From Nemertoderma westbladi (Eukaryota > Animalia > Xenacoelomorpha), in the NCBI GenBank assembly GCA_032718475.1, contig JAUCBJ010002119.1, forward strand, positions 1 to 47,498: DNA of 47,498 bases. Reading direction: 5' to 3'. Positions 22,048 through 33,464 of this stretch are shown here, in pieces. Position numbers and translations under genes: made by a program. How positions within the stretch are numbered: position 1 is the first letter of the stretch; each line of letters starts with the position of its first letter. The notes below the pieces were generated by a model. That model saw only the letters and a program-made list of their open reading frames with translations, did no database searches and had not been told where the DNA came from.

Positions 22048-23253
22048 ATGTCATCGACGTCAAAACCGGCCAGAAGTGGTAGGCGTCGCCAGAGCATTAA
22101 TGCTGTCGCCAATCGCCGACTAACTTCTCCCGGCTCAACAAGCAACTCGGCGACGGAAAAAAGGGAAAACAAAACAACTAATTCCAACTTCCCGCCAAAA
22201 AAACAGCTGCCCAAACAAACCGCCACTGGTCCACTACGGAACGACGGCCACGATGAAATCGAAGTATATTGCTCCGGAGGAAACTGTACAATCGCAATGA
22301 TATGCATCGCAGCGACTGGAACAGACTTTGGGCAGATAGATTTTTACTGTGGCCGATGCGTTGGTAAACGATTGTCCCGAGCCTCGAAAGACCTCGAGAA
22401 CGTCGAATCGCGACTAAACGAGAAAATCCAGCCACTCCAACAACAACTAGATGTAGCTGGAACAAAATCAAACAAGCTTGAGTTGGGTATTACACAACTT
22501 GAGAAAAATACGAAGGACAACAAACAAGCTACGGCCACCAGGCTCAAAGAACTGCGAGTGGACATTGAAAACAATGTTGAAGAGCTACAAACAAAAATAG
22601 AAGAATCAGTCGCAGCAGTTGCAAACGTTGAACCTGGCAACGACTCAGGGGAGTGGACAACCTACGCATCCAAGGCCAAAAAGACGAGTCAACCAACAAA
22701 CCTAGCTGTTCTAACGAGACAATTAAAACATGAAGAGGCGGAACAGAATAAAAGGAAATGCAACATTGTCATAAAAGGATCAACTGATGTAGATGACAAG
22801 AAAGTGGTAATCGATATCGCTGACACACTGGGTGTTTCATTGAACCGCGACGAGATAACAACAAGACGTGTTGGAAAACAACAAACCAACCAGCCACAAC
22901 CACTAGTAGTCACAATACCGCATGAGAAACGAAGTATTCTCCTGCGGAAAGCCCGCGAACTACGCCAAATCGAGCACCTCAAAAACCTTTACATCTCGCC
23001 GGACTACACCCCGGAGGAAAGTCGGCTACAGTTTGAACTGCGCAAAGAACGACATACTATGCAAGCGACAAGACCAGAAAAACGATGGATCATCCGCCAC
23101 GGCCACGTCGTTGAAGGATTGCCTCTAACCCAACCTGGTCACCTGGTCACCAAGCCTACTGACTCTGATGGTACAGAAGTTACCCCAACACAGTCCCTCG
23201 AACCTCGCAGCAGATCAACGAGTAGATCTGTATCCACCAGAGACACATACTGA
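22048..23253 (+). CDS. LINE ORF1 (401 aa): degenerate PHD-like Cys cluster, coiled coil, RRM-type C-terminal domain
   Basis: C..C...C...FYCGRC; heptad-rich region; RKCNIVIKG and LYISPDYTPEE motifs typical of CR1/L2-group ORF1. Confidence 0.88.
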   Translation: MSSTSKPARSGRRRQSINAVANRRLTSPGSTSNSATEKRENKTTNSNFPPKKQLPKQTATGPLRNDGHDEIEVYCSGGNCTIAMICIAATGTDFGQIDFYCGRCVGKRLSRASKDLENVESRLNEKIQPLQQQLDVAGTKSNKLELGITQLEKNTKDNKQATATRLKELRVDIENNVEELQTKIEESVAAVANVEPGNDSGEWTTYASKAKKTSQPTNLAVLTRQLKHEEAEQNKRKCNIVIKGSTDVDDKKVVIDIADTLGVSLNRDEITTRRVGKQQTNQPQPLVVTIPHEKRSILLRKARELRQIEHLKNLYISPDYTPEESRLQFELRKERHTMQATRPEKRWIIRHGHVVEGLPLTQPGHLVTKPTDSDGTEVTPTQSLEPRSRSTSRSVSTRDTY

Positions 23254-23259
23254 CTATGT

Positions 23260-23802
23260 CCGCACCGGACCACTGCTGGGTCTGTCGCGCCACAGCGGAC
23301 CCCGGCTGGGTCTGTCACGCCACACCGGACCCCGGCTGGGTCTATGGCGCCACACCGGACCCCGGGAGGGCCTGTGGCGCCACACCAGACCTCGGCAGGG
23401 TCTAGCGCACCACACCGGACCCTGGTAGGGTCTACCACGCCACTCCGGACCCCGGCAGGGTCTGTAGCGCCACAACGGACCCCGACAGGGTCTACCGCGC
23501 CACTCCGGACCCTGGCAGGGTCTGTAGCGCCACAACGGACCCCGACAGGGTCTACCGCACCACACCGGACCACGGCAAGGTCTGTAGCGCCACAACGGAC
23601 CCTGGCAGGGTCTGTAGTACCACACCGTACCCCGGCAGGGTTTACCGCGACACACCGGACCCCGCCAGGGTCTGTCGCGCCACACCAGACCCCGGCAGGG
23701 TCTGTCGCGCCACACCGGACCCCAGCAGGGTCTGTGGCGCCTCACCGGACCCCGGCCGGGTCTGTAGCACCACACCGGACCCTGGCTGGGTCTGCCGCGC
23801 CG
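23260..23802 (+). repeat. In-frame GC-rich 30-bp tandem repeat (~18 units, PHRTPAGSVA) between ORF1 and the endonuclease
   Basis: Consensus CCACACCGGACCCCGGCAGGGTCTGTAGCG. Units are diverged but have no indels. Confidence 0.93.
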
Positions 23803-26724
23803 CGTCATGAACTTTACCCATGGATTACGAAGTTTAATCGCCCTGGGATCCATATAATGCACCTAAATGTTCAAAGTTTGAAAAGCAAATTACAAGAACT
23901 GCGGATCATAGCAAGAATGGCAAACTTACACATAATTACTGTTTCTGAGACGTGGTTAGATGACTCAGTGTCGGACAATGAGATAGAAATATCCGGATAC
24001 TATGTCACAAGGAAAGACAGAATAGAAAATGGACACGGAGGTGTAGCTATCTATACGAAAAATAATCTAACACTGGAACCCTGTGATACACTAAATAATC
24101 TGGATATTGAAGGACTGTTTGGTTTTCTCTTACTCCTACAAACACCTAGAATCCTAATCGGCTCGGTTTATCGTCCACCATCATCTTCAGTTACACACTT
24201 CTTCAACACTCTAGAAACAGGAATTGGAAGCATCAGTGAACTACGCGAAATTTTCATTCTGGGTGATGTGAATGTCGATATGTTATCGAATGACCCCAGA
24301 CAGATTGGGGACAAAAATGTAGTCATTTCTTACTGCAACTCGGTTGGTGCAAAACAGATTATCAAGGAGGCCACTCGTGTAACCAACACAACAGCTACCC
24401 TCATAGACCACATCTACACTACATCATTGGCTGACAAGGTTACTGACTATGGTGTTATTGAGGTTGGTATCAGCGACCACTACATAGTTCATATAACTAG
24501 AAAGAAAGTCAAACCGGATGCAGTTCCTCCCCGTATAATTAATGCCAGAAGCTATAAGGAATATTCCCCCGCAGCCGTATCCAATATGATACCGCGCAAC
24601 GATGCTATATCGAATATCAGTCTAATTACTGATGTCGACACAGCCGTCAACGTCCTCACCACTCAGCTAACTTCAATACTGGATTCAATAGCCCCAAACA
24701 GGGATATAAGAATCAAGACACATTCGGAACCATGGCTTACACCGGAACTTCTACAGCTGATAATAGTAAGGGACAAATCATTTTCAAAACTGAAACACAA
24801 CCGCACTGTCATAAATGAAACTGATTTCAAAAAACAAAGGAACGTTGCCACTAACGCCATCAAAGAGGCTAAGAAAGCCTACATACGGACCCAAATCGAA
24901 AATAACAGGACCGACCACAAAAAGCTATGGAAAACATTAAAGTCCCTAGGAATGCCAGTAAAGAAAACCAAGTCGTCGGCCATAACAAAAATCCACAATG
25001 GCAGAGCTCTAGTACACGAACCAAAACAAATTGCTGATACATTTAATACATTCTTTACGTCAATTGCGAAGGAACTAGTTAACCAGCTGCCCCCGCCATC
25101 TGGACGGTTCGGGGAAGATTCGGTTGCCCGGTACTACCAATCGATGGGAATTCAAAGAGATAGTTTCACTATACAACAAACAACAACCGACGAGGTATCT
25201 GATATCATGTCTAAGCTGAACACTGATAAAAGCCCTGGAATCGACGGACTGCCCGCAAGACTATACAAAGACGGCCACAAGGAATTGTCGAAGCCTATCA
25301 CGCACATTGTTAACGTCTCCATAGCAACAAGTACTTTCCCATCATCCCTGAAACTAGCTAAGGTAACACCTGTGCACAAAAAGAAAGGCTCACTGATATT
25401 GAGAGAAAACCATCGCCCTCTATCCCTACTGCCTATCCTCGCCAAAATCCTAGAACGTGTGGTATATGACCAGGTCTATTCATACTATATATCAAGTAAG
25501 ATTTTATCAAAGCTACAATCAGGATTCTTAAAAGGATACTCAACCGAAACCTGTTTAATATTTCTAGACAATTACATACGAAACGCAGCCGATCTCGGAA
25601 AGCTGACAGGAATGGTACTGATAGACCTAAAGAAAGCATTTGATACGGTAAACCATGACATCGTTCTAATGAAACTGAAACACATGGGGCTGGACAATTC
25701 ATCAGTCAACTGGTTTAAATCATATCTATCGAAACGCAGCCAGGTTGTGAGTATCCAGGGTACATCCTCCGACGAACTTCCACTCGACGATGGCTTACCC
25801 CAGGGCGGGATCCTTCCGGTATTGTTATTCCTGTCGCAAATAAACGACTCCGATCAGGCGGTAGACTGTCCGACGCCAAAGTTTGCAGACGATCTCGCTC
25901 ACGTAGCTTCAGAAGAAGATGCCGAGACAATTTCCCAAACGCTTACACGAAATCTCGAAAACACCCAGTCTTGGCTCATAGACAATCGACTCACGCTACA
26001 CTTCGGCAAGACAGAAACCATCTTGTTTGGAACGAACCAACGTTTGGCGTCCAGTGCACCACTAGCAGTCACTTGTAATGGGAAACCCATATCGAACCGA
26101 ACTGTTGTCACATACCTGGGTTGCAAACTAGACCAATCAATGAACGGAGAGTCTATGATCACCGCGATAGTCAAGAAAGGGAATTCTAAATTAAAATTTC
26201 TTTACCAATTCTCCGGGGTACTAGACTACAACCTACGTCGCCTACTATGTAACACGCTGATACAGCCACTCATGGACTATGCTGCTGCTGTCTGGTTCTA
26301 CTCAATCAGCTCAATCTGGCGCAACAAGCTTGAGGCACTGCAGCGGAAGTGCATTCGATATTGCTTATCTTTAGAGGACCGCAGCCACATCTATCCATCG
26401 CACTACAAAACCATAAACTGGCTACCAATAGAATATCGAGTGCAACAAAATCTGGTAACTCTTATGTACAAGACCCAGCGCGGAACCTCACCGAGTTACA
26501 TCCAAGATATGGTTAACTTCAATAAAAACACGCGATCAACACGAACCCCGAGAACAAAAGCATCGATCCCCCATAAGAACACTAAATTCGCACAGAACTC
26601 ATTCGACTATCGAGGCCCAGCGTTCTGGAACGCCCTACCGAACTGTGTAACAGAGGCAACGACACTAGAGTCTTTTAAACACCAAGTAAAACGCCATTAC
26701 TTAAATACTCTAACCGACGCATGA
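23344..26724 (+). CDS. LINE ORF2: APE endonuclease and reverse transcriptase (frame open from 23254)
   Basis: APE motifs HLNVQSL, VSETWL, GGVAIY, YRPP, LGDVN, LIDHIY and SDH; RT motifs PGIDG, DLKKAFDTV, GLPQG, FADD and YLG. No internal stops. Confidence 0.93.
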   Translation: MAPHRTPGGPVAPHQTSAGSSAPHRTLVGSTTPLRTPAGSVAPQRTPTGSTAPLRTLAGSVAPQRTPTGSTAPHRTTARSVAPQRTLAGSVVPHRTPAGFTATHRTPPGSVAPHQTPAGSVAPHRTPAGSVAPHRTPAGSVAPHRTLAGSAAPRHELYPWITKFNRPGIHIMHLNVQSLKSKLQELRIIARMANLHIITVSETWLDDSVSDNEIEISGYYVTRKDRIENGHGGVAIYTKNNLTLEPCDTLNNLDIEGLFGFLLLLQTPRILIGSVYRPPSSSVTHFFNTLETGIGSISELREIFILGDVNVDMLSNDPRQIGDKNVVISYCNSVGAKQIIKEATRVTNTTATLIDHIYTTSLADKVTDYGVIEVGISDHYIVHITRKKVKPDAVPPRIINARSYKEYSPAAVSNMIPRNDAISNISLITDVDTAVNVLTTQLTSILDSIAPNRDIRIKTHSEPWLTPELLQLIIVRDKSFSKLKHNRTVINETDFKKQRNVATNAIKEAKKAYIRTQIENNRTDHKKLWKTLKSLGMPVKKTKSSAITKIHNGRALVHEPKQIADTFNTFFTSIAKELVNQLPPPSGRFGEDSVARYYQSMGIQRDSFTIQQTTTDEVSDIMSKLNTDKSPGIDGLPARLYKDGHKELSKPITHIVNVSIATSTFPSSLKLAKVTPVHKKKGSLILRENHRPLSLLPILAKILERVVYDQVYSYYISSKILSKLQSGFLKGYSTETCLIFLDNYIRNAADLGKLTGMVLIDLKKAFDTVNHDIVLMKLKHMGLDNSSVNWFKSYLSKRSQVVSIQGTSSDELPLDDGLPQGGILPVLLFLSQINDSDQAVDCPTPKFADDLAHVASEEDAETISQTLTRNLENTQSWLIDNRLTLHFGKTETILFGTNQRLASSAPLAVTCNGKPISNRTVVTYLGCKLDQSMNGESMITAIVKKGNSKLKFLYQFSGVLDYNLRRLLCNTLIQPLMDYAAAVWFYSISSIWRNKLEALQRKCIRYCLSLEDRSHIYPSHYKTINWLPIEYRVQQNLVTLMYKTQRGTSPSYIQDMVNFNKNTRSTRTPRTKASIPHKNTKFAQNSFDYRGPAFWNALPNCVTEATTLESFKHQVKRHYLNTLTDA

Positions 26725-27321
26725 ATCACAATTACTTGCACACTATTAACCCACTTAATTCATAAACATGCATCGCAGTTCTTTTACTAAGTTTGTTTTT
26801 CTACCTTTATTTATCTAAATACTTGACAGAATTTTTGACAGTAAATTGACAGAAAAATTTTAAGTAACAAATTTTAAATTATCCCACCCATAACCATTTT
26901 TAGATTAAAGCACTGACCATTTTATTTGTGTATTTTTATTTGTAGTCTTGAATTTAATTCTTATTGCTTCCCCAACAATTATACAATCTTATTAGTAGTT
27001 CATGTGTATTCTAATCTGTAGTCCTAAATTTAATTTTATTACTTCCCCGACTATTTTACCTAAAACATTATTACATAGCGGGGACCCACATGGAAACGAG
27101 GTCCGCCTCATGTGGCTATCCCATTAAGTGACAATTTTATCGATATAACTCGCGTAAGATGTACTGTTCATATATTTTTCATACCATACTGATTTAAATT
27201 CATAACAAAAATATCTCGTACTGTATCTATAACAATTGTATGGTTGCTAACGGTCTATACCAACTTAAATATTATCTATTATGTGTCCCGTCACTAATAA
27301 ATCAATATCAATATCAATATC

Positions 27322-28053
27322 ATAGTAGAGTTAAGCAGCTACGCCTTAACCATGTGCATAAAGTGTATAATGGTAAATGTCCCAATTACCTAAAACAAAA
27401 ATTCAAAAGAGTACGCGATACACACTCTTACAGTACCAGAGCTAGTGCTTCAAACTTCTACCTCCCGAATTGTAAATCCTTTGAATCTGATACTTTCTTT
27501 TTTAACGGTATTAAAAATTGGAACGCTCTGTCTAATGAAATTAAAAACCTAGATAATCAACATTCTTTTAAATCTGCAGTTAAATCTCACCTCCGTGTGC
27601 AATGTAAAAATAGGTACAATAGTCCTACAGTAAGTTATTAGTTTATTAATTATTTACTATTTATACTGTAATTACGTTTTATAATAAATTGTTCTGTACA
27701 TTACATCTTTATCGGTGAGTCGGACATTGTCACGCTCTCGGTAAAGTTGTACATGTACATACTGTAATTACGTTTTATAATAAATTGTTCTGTACATTAC
27801 ATCTTTATCGTTGAGTCGGACATTGTCACGCTCTTGGTAAAGTTGTACATGTACATACAGTAGTGTAATTACGTTTTATATTGGTTTTAGGTTAGCGTAG
27901 TGTAATATTGTATTTGTAACCAAGTAACATAAAGGACCCCCTTGGAAATAAGCTGCAAAGCTTTAGGGGTAATCCTATATGTTATGTACCGGTACATTGT
28001 TTGGTGTATTTGTTATTGTTTTTACATAATGTATAAATAAATCTATCTATCTA
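27322..28053 (+). mobile_element. Older LINE, right half (ORF2 end, 3' UTR, tail)
   Basis: Removing the insert restores ...LLNLDS-RVKQLRLNHVHK, with the stop at 27641. There is a ~97-bp tandem duplication at ~27662-27856, a GGACCCCCTTGGAAATAAG 3' motif, and AATAAA followed by an (ATCT)n tail. Confidence 0.88.
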
Positions 28054-29287
28054 TAACAGGCGCAACAAGAGATTTTTATTTGGAACATTACCATTATTTT
28101 CCATCACCAACATGAGCTAATAATGACTAGAACCATACCAAATGGCCAACACAGTCGGCCATGCACTCGCACGGCGCAAATGCTCCATTTGTGCTCTCCA
28201 CCTGGATGGAGTGTATTGGGCGGACAAGGCAGGGCTTGGCGCGCCCGCCACAACGAAAATAAATCCTGTAACGCTGTCATTTTAATTCCCAATTTATGGA
28301 GTATGCGCTGAGTGTGGGCAGTTCAAAAGGACATGACATTCGTCCTGAACAGAACTCCCATCACAGTGACACACTCTGCGGTCACTCGGTCTCCTGCTCC
28401 AGCGCCCCTTTTCAACTACTTCTTAATGTTAAATAGGAAGTATTATGTGTTTTGCTTTGTATTTTTGCTTATTATATGTATATATAGTATATATGCACAT
28501 CAGTTTCCTGGTGGTTCGGGCCGCCCACATGTGCCTGCGAGGGTCAAGGTCATCACGTCACCGGCCAGTTCATAACGCTGACCTGGGAGAAATCTCCATC
28601 CGGCTCACCAACAACGGGGTGGCCATCGGAGGCAGCGGGGGTGGAATGCGGGGTTGAGCTGCTGCACACTAATTAACTATCTTCTCAACAAGTGCGTTTA
28701 TTGTCATAAAGAATTCAGTCGGCAAAGCAATATAAATAGCCATGTCAATTCTGTTCATAACTCTTAAAGTTGCCGGTAACAAAATTGTTGTATTTGTACT
28801 GAAATATATATTTGTAGAACTTTTGCGTAAATAATTAATATTCTAGAATAGAGTAAAAAATACATTAGAATAATGTAATTATATGTATATATGATTATTA
28901 TTTGTATTTTTAATAAAAAATTATCAGATCACTATAATTTTAACAGTAGTCCCAAAAATGTCTTCGTGGCAGGACTGCAGGAATGCAAATGTTGTTGTCA
29001 ATATTCGATGGGGGTACGTGACACTATTCAAAAACTTGGCATGGTACTATAATATTAAGTAAGGGGTGGGTGTTAGAATCAAATCTTGAAAAGTCTACAT
29101 AGATTATGGATAATGGCATCTCAGTGTTCAATAATGGTCACAATAATGCAGCAATCTTACAATTATTGGTAGTTCAAGTCTTAAAGTAATAAACATTTAG
29201 TCACATATAAATCACCACGTGAATGTTCCAATGACCCTTTTTACATTAATTGAGCAATAGATTTTCCTTTAATTTACAATAAGTCAG

Positions 29288-29492
29288 TCAGTCACCACCT
29301 CCGCAGGACACAATGATTTGGCGACCATTGATTGGCTGAGTCGTTCTAAAGTTTCCGCTGATTGGTCCATGGTGATTGCTTTGCAGAGCGAGTAGATCCT
29401 GATAGTGAGATGTACCGAGAGGGATGGGCTGCTGAAACACGGTCCAAATAACAGACTCGTTGTAATCGGGTGTAGTGAGGGACCCGTGGTAC
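29288..29492 (-). CDS. Alpha-carbonic anhydrase, coding exon 4 (last)
   Basis: (R)YHGSLTTPDYNESVIWTVF...GNFRTTQPINGR. Acceptor TTTGTTTAG|G, phase 2; stop TGA at 29290-29288. Confidence 0.93.
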
Positions 29493-29519
29493 CTAAACAA
29501 ATCAAGTTAGTTGTAAGTG

Positions 29520-29880
29520 TCACTATTGGGTCAAAATCTGCTAAACGACGACTACTGTATCTTTGCTTTATCTACCGGCAATCCTTCAACCTCAGTGATG
29601 CGTCGCTCGTACCGCCAGTCGTCAGTCAGGGGTCCTGCTGTACGGAAAGCCCCGCTACAATTTCAATTTACATATTTAAACCTTTACCTCATTATTTGGG
29701 CTATTGCCAGCTTCAAGCTCAATATCAATACGGAGATTATGTTAAACTCCTACCAACCCTGAAGTAAACACAAAAGGTGTGTGCAACGTACTCGATGTTG
29801 TCTGTTCAGCAAACAGGTGGGAAGAGTTGCTTATTATAGGAGATTTTAATATGCCAGTCACGAGTTGGCAAACCCTTTCA
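29520..29880 (+). pseudogene. Decayed LINE endonuclease fragment
   Basis: FIYR at ~29565 and IIGDFNMP..SW at ~29832 resemble APE motifs; the frame is disrupted. Confidence 0.4.
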
Positions 29881-29910
29881 TCCAGTGACAAATATGAAAC
29901 TGAAATTATC

Positions 29911-30507
29911 CTATCTACTACTACTAGGTCGAGCGAACTCGGACAGTGGAAATGAGATCCTTCCAGGCTTCCCGATTCTCCATAGTTGTCGCAATTTCGT
30001 TTTTCCCAAGTTCAGTATCCCTTTCAAGTTGATCTATATATGTTACAGCTGGTCGTCCACGACTACGCTTTCCATGAGTTGGTTGCCAGAAAATTAGATC
30101 TAGTATGACCTCGTCTTTACTTCGCCAGCAGTGCCCACTGAATCTTAATCTGCGTTCACGGAGGGTGGTTGATACAGGGGGTATTGTACCATAGAGCTCG
30201 GCGTTTGTCATGTGTTGTCTCCAGCTGATGTTTATGGCTGCCCTTAGTAGTCTTGTGTAGCAACCATCAATTTGTTGTTCAAGTGATTTAGTCAGTGTCC
30301 AGGTCTCACCCCCGTATAAAAATACACTTTCCACTGTGGCTCGAAAGAACTTAGCCTTCAGGGGCCTGGAGAGATCTGATTTCCAGATGGTATCCATTTT
30401 TGAAAGAGCTACCCAAGCCTTTGCTTTCCTAACTTCTATGTCCAATTTGCTACTCTCTATCCATGATCCTAGGTACTGGAAGTCATCGACCTTCCTTAGT
30501 CTCACCT
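29911..30507 (-). mobile_element. 5'-truncated RTE-clade LINE, 3' end
   Basis: DDFQYLGS, LYGGETW, RRLRFSGHCWR and RGRP..TY motifs. The stop runs straight into a (TAG)n tail. Confidence 0.88.
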
Positions 30508-30509
30508 GG

Positions 30510-33430
30510 GAATAATTCAACATAACTTGCAAGCAAGAGGATGCAGAAAAACTGGTACTCCCTGAAAATATGTCCCTATGGCCTGGCTCCTGCTTAGTTA
30601 AGCTATGGGAACATCGCGATAAACGACGTTCAGCGACTACTGCAACTTCCAAACAAACATAAACATGAAGATAGCATCGTGCAACACAAACTCAGTTCGT
30701 ACGGCATCCAGCCTCCATGTTATTAACAAACTTATGGATGACTGTGATGTGCTTCTTATTCAGGAACACATGCTTCCCAAGCAGAATCTAAACTTTTTAG
30801 ACTCTATCAATGTTAACTTCAGCGGATTTGGAAACTCTCCAGTTAACTTATCAGACAGACTCCTAATTGGTAGACCTCATGGTGGGCTGGGAATCCTATG
30901 GAGGAAAACTTGCGGAAATATTGTTAAGATAATAGACTCCTCTGACACACGACTGCTGGTCTCCATGTTAACGCTGGCGTCGGGTATATCAATCCTGCTG
31001 GTCAATGTGTACTTTCCCTATGAATGTGCGCACAATCAGGATGAATATTTTGAATGTCTCGGCAAACTCGAATCGATTATTGAAACATCCAGCAGCAATT
31101 ACATATTGTGTTTGGGTGACTTCAATTCCACTCCAAACCGCAACTTCTATACTTCTTTAATGGAAATGTGTGATGAAGCTATGTGATGATTAGATATGTT
31201 ACCTCCCGATACCTACACGTACGTCAGCCCATGCTATTCAGCTACTTCTTGGTTGGATCACTGCTTGGTTTCGAGAGAGGCTAAGTGACTGGTTAGTGAT
31301 ATATCTGTAGAATGTGGTCTATCAATATCGGATCACTTACCGCTAATAATCACTGTCAAACCTCCTGCTCCATCAGATACTGGAGCACCGACAAAAACTG
31401 GAACTCCAAATCCGGCGAGCTCATGCCCCAATAATGAGAGGCCGTGTTGGTCAAAGGCTACTGATAAAGATAAACTTGCCATGCTGATAAGTGCGATGAG
31501 CTTCTGCGGAAAGTATAGTTCCATGGTCTGCCATCAATTGCACTACTACAAACTGTTCACAAGACACTGCCAACATTGATAAATTTTACAATGATATAGT
31601 GAAGGCTATGCGGTCTGCAGACTCTGACACAGGAGAAAGGCAGAGTCTCAGACTCGATCCAACCGTCTAGCTGAGTCATTATCGAGCGAAGACAGCAAGA
31701 AATTCTGGAATAATGTTAAATCTCAGTCAACCACACGTTCTACACCGCCTAACTCGGTGGATGATGCAGTTGGATCCGCTGAAGTATGCGGGATGTGGGC
31801 CAACAAATATGAATCTATATTTAATTCAGTTAAACCGGACCAGTCACCCGACTCGGAACGGGTATATGCTGCAGTTTCCAATGTGCAATTTAGTATTGAT
31901 AGGCTTGTGTCTCCTAATGAAATTACTACCGCTATCAATGAGCTAAAGTTAGATAAGGCCGCAGGACATGATTTTATTTATTCTGAGCACATTTTATATT
32001 CATCTAATCGTCTTAATATTTATATTAGTTTTTTATTTTCTTGTTTTTTTATACATGGTTTTTTACCTTCCAATTTGATGCGTTCTAATATCTTGCCGGT
32101 ATTGAAATATAGGAATGGTAGTGTTATCGATTCTAATAATTACCGTCCCATTGCTTTGGCAACGATTCTCGGTAAGCTATTGGAAATCATAATATTACAG
32201 CGAATTGAAAATCTCATTACAACAACCGATAGCAAGTTTGGTTATAAACGTGGCAACGGCACGGAGTTGTGTATATTTACAATTAAGGAATTAATTAATT
32301 ATTATTTAAGGAATGGCTCCAACGTATATATTTGTTTCTTGGACGCTTCAAAGGCTTTCGATAAGATCAATCATACCAAACTATTTAGTAAACTTTTACT
32401 TAGAGGGGTACCAAACTATATTTTACGCGTGATCCATTTTTGGTATACTAATCAGTCAATGGTTATATTATGGGATGGTTATATGTCTAATCCCTTTGGC
32501 TGCTCCAACGGAACTAGACAGGGAAGCATATTGGCTCCTTACTTCTTCAATCTATATAATGATAAATTAAGTGTACAATTATCTAGCTGTGGGCTTGGCG
32601 CACGACTTGGATATGTAGCTGTCAATCATTATTTTTATGCGGATGATATATGTCTTATATCTACGTCGCCTAGTGCCTTACAATCACTTGTTGACATTTG
32701 TTCTGATTATGCGTATTGCAACTCCATTACATTTAATGCTAAGAAATCTAAATGTATATTTTTACACAGTTCTCACCGTTTAACAATTTCTAATACAATG
32801 ATCGCGTATTGGACGGGGTTGTGATTGAATGTGTTCCTAAATATAAATATCTCGGTCACTATATCACATCTGATTTCTCGGATGATACTGATATTAGGAA
32901 CCAAACCTGATCTTTTTACTCACGTGCTAATTTGCTTATTAGGACCTTCAGTAACTGCTCTCCCCATGTGAAGCTACAATTGTTTATTTCTTATTGCTCT
33001 AAATGTTTATTGTAATGCTCTTTGGGCTGACAGCTATTTTTGTGAGTCAACTCTTACTCGATTAAATGTAGCGTATAACAACACAGTGCGACGTTTATTT
33101 GGTTTTAAACGCGATGACAGTGCTAGTGGGTATGCTGGTCTCCCTTGGCCTTAAATCAATTGTACATATCCGACGCTTTTCACTATTTAGTTTATTTAAT
33201 CGTGTAGCCAACTCGCAAAATTCTATTTTAATTAATATTAGCTGTATATGTTTTAACGTGTCTCAGGTATACGATAGTTACCTGAGATGCCGAATTTAAA
33301 TTAACTTGTACCCTCTCTTTTTATTGTCTTTTTTAGTATAGTTTTAATTTGTAAATATAGTGTAATGTGCTCTATGGATATTTTAATATTAATATTCGGA
33401 TTAAATGAGAAATAAATAAAATAAATAAAT
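30510..33430 (+). mobile_element. Decayed LINE (tentatively Proto2-like): ORF1 tail plus APE-RT pseudogene
   Basis: ORF1 end ...LWPGSCLVKLW; ORF2 from 30665 with IQEH, GRPHGG, LGDFN, WLDH, SDH, DASKAFD and YADD. Several stops and frameshifts; (AAAT)n tail. Confidence 0.9.
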
Positions 33431-33464
33431 TAGTTGATTATTATTAATGGTTGTCAAGTTTCCA

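Larger units (their letters stand above)
21854..27321 (+). mobile_element. Apparently full-length, intact CR1/L2-group (Crack/Daphne-like) LINE nested in an older LINE
   Basis: 6-bp target duplication ATAGTA at 21848-21853 and 27322-27327; 5' UTR, ORF1, ORF2, 3' UTR and an (ATCAAT)n tail. Confidence 0.93.

Noticed and set aside
23260-23802. Common origin of the LINE 30-bp linker repeat and the 30-bp satellite at 14624-20248
   Set aside because: They share only the period and a GTAGCG hexamer; the rest does not align in either orientation.
28500-28660. GC-rich patch as an exon of another gene
   Set aside because: No recognisable motif or partner exons, so it cannot be supported.
29924-30652. 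242-aa ORF as a single gene
   Set aside because: It is a chimera: the first ~48 codons are the antisense of the neighbouring LINE's ORF1 tail, and only the rest is RTE.
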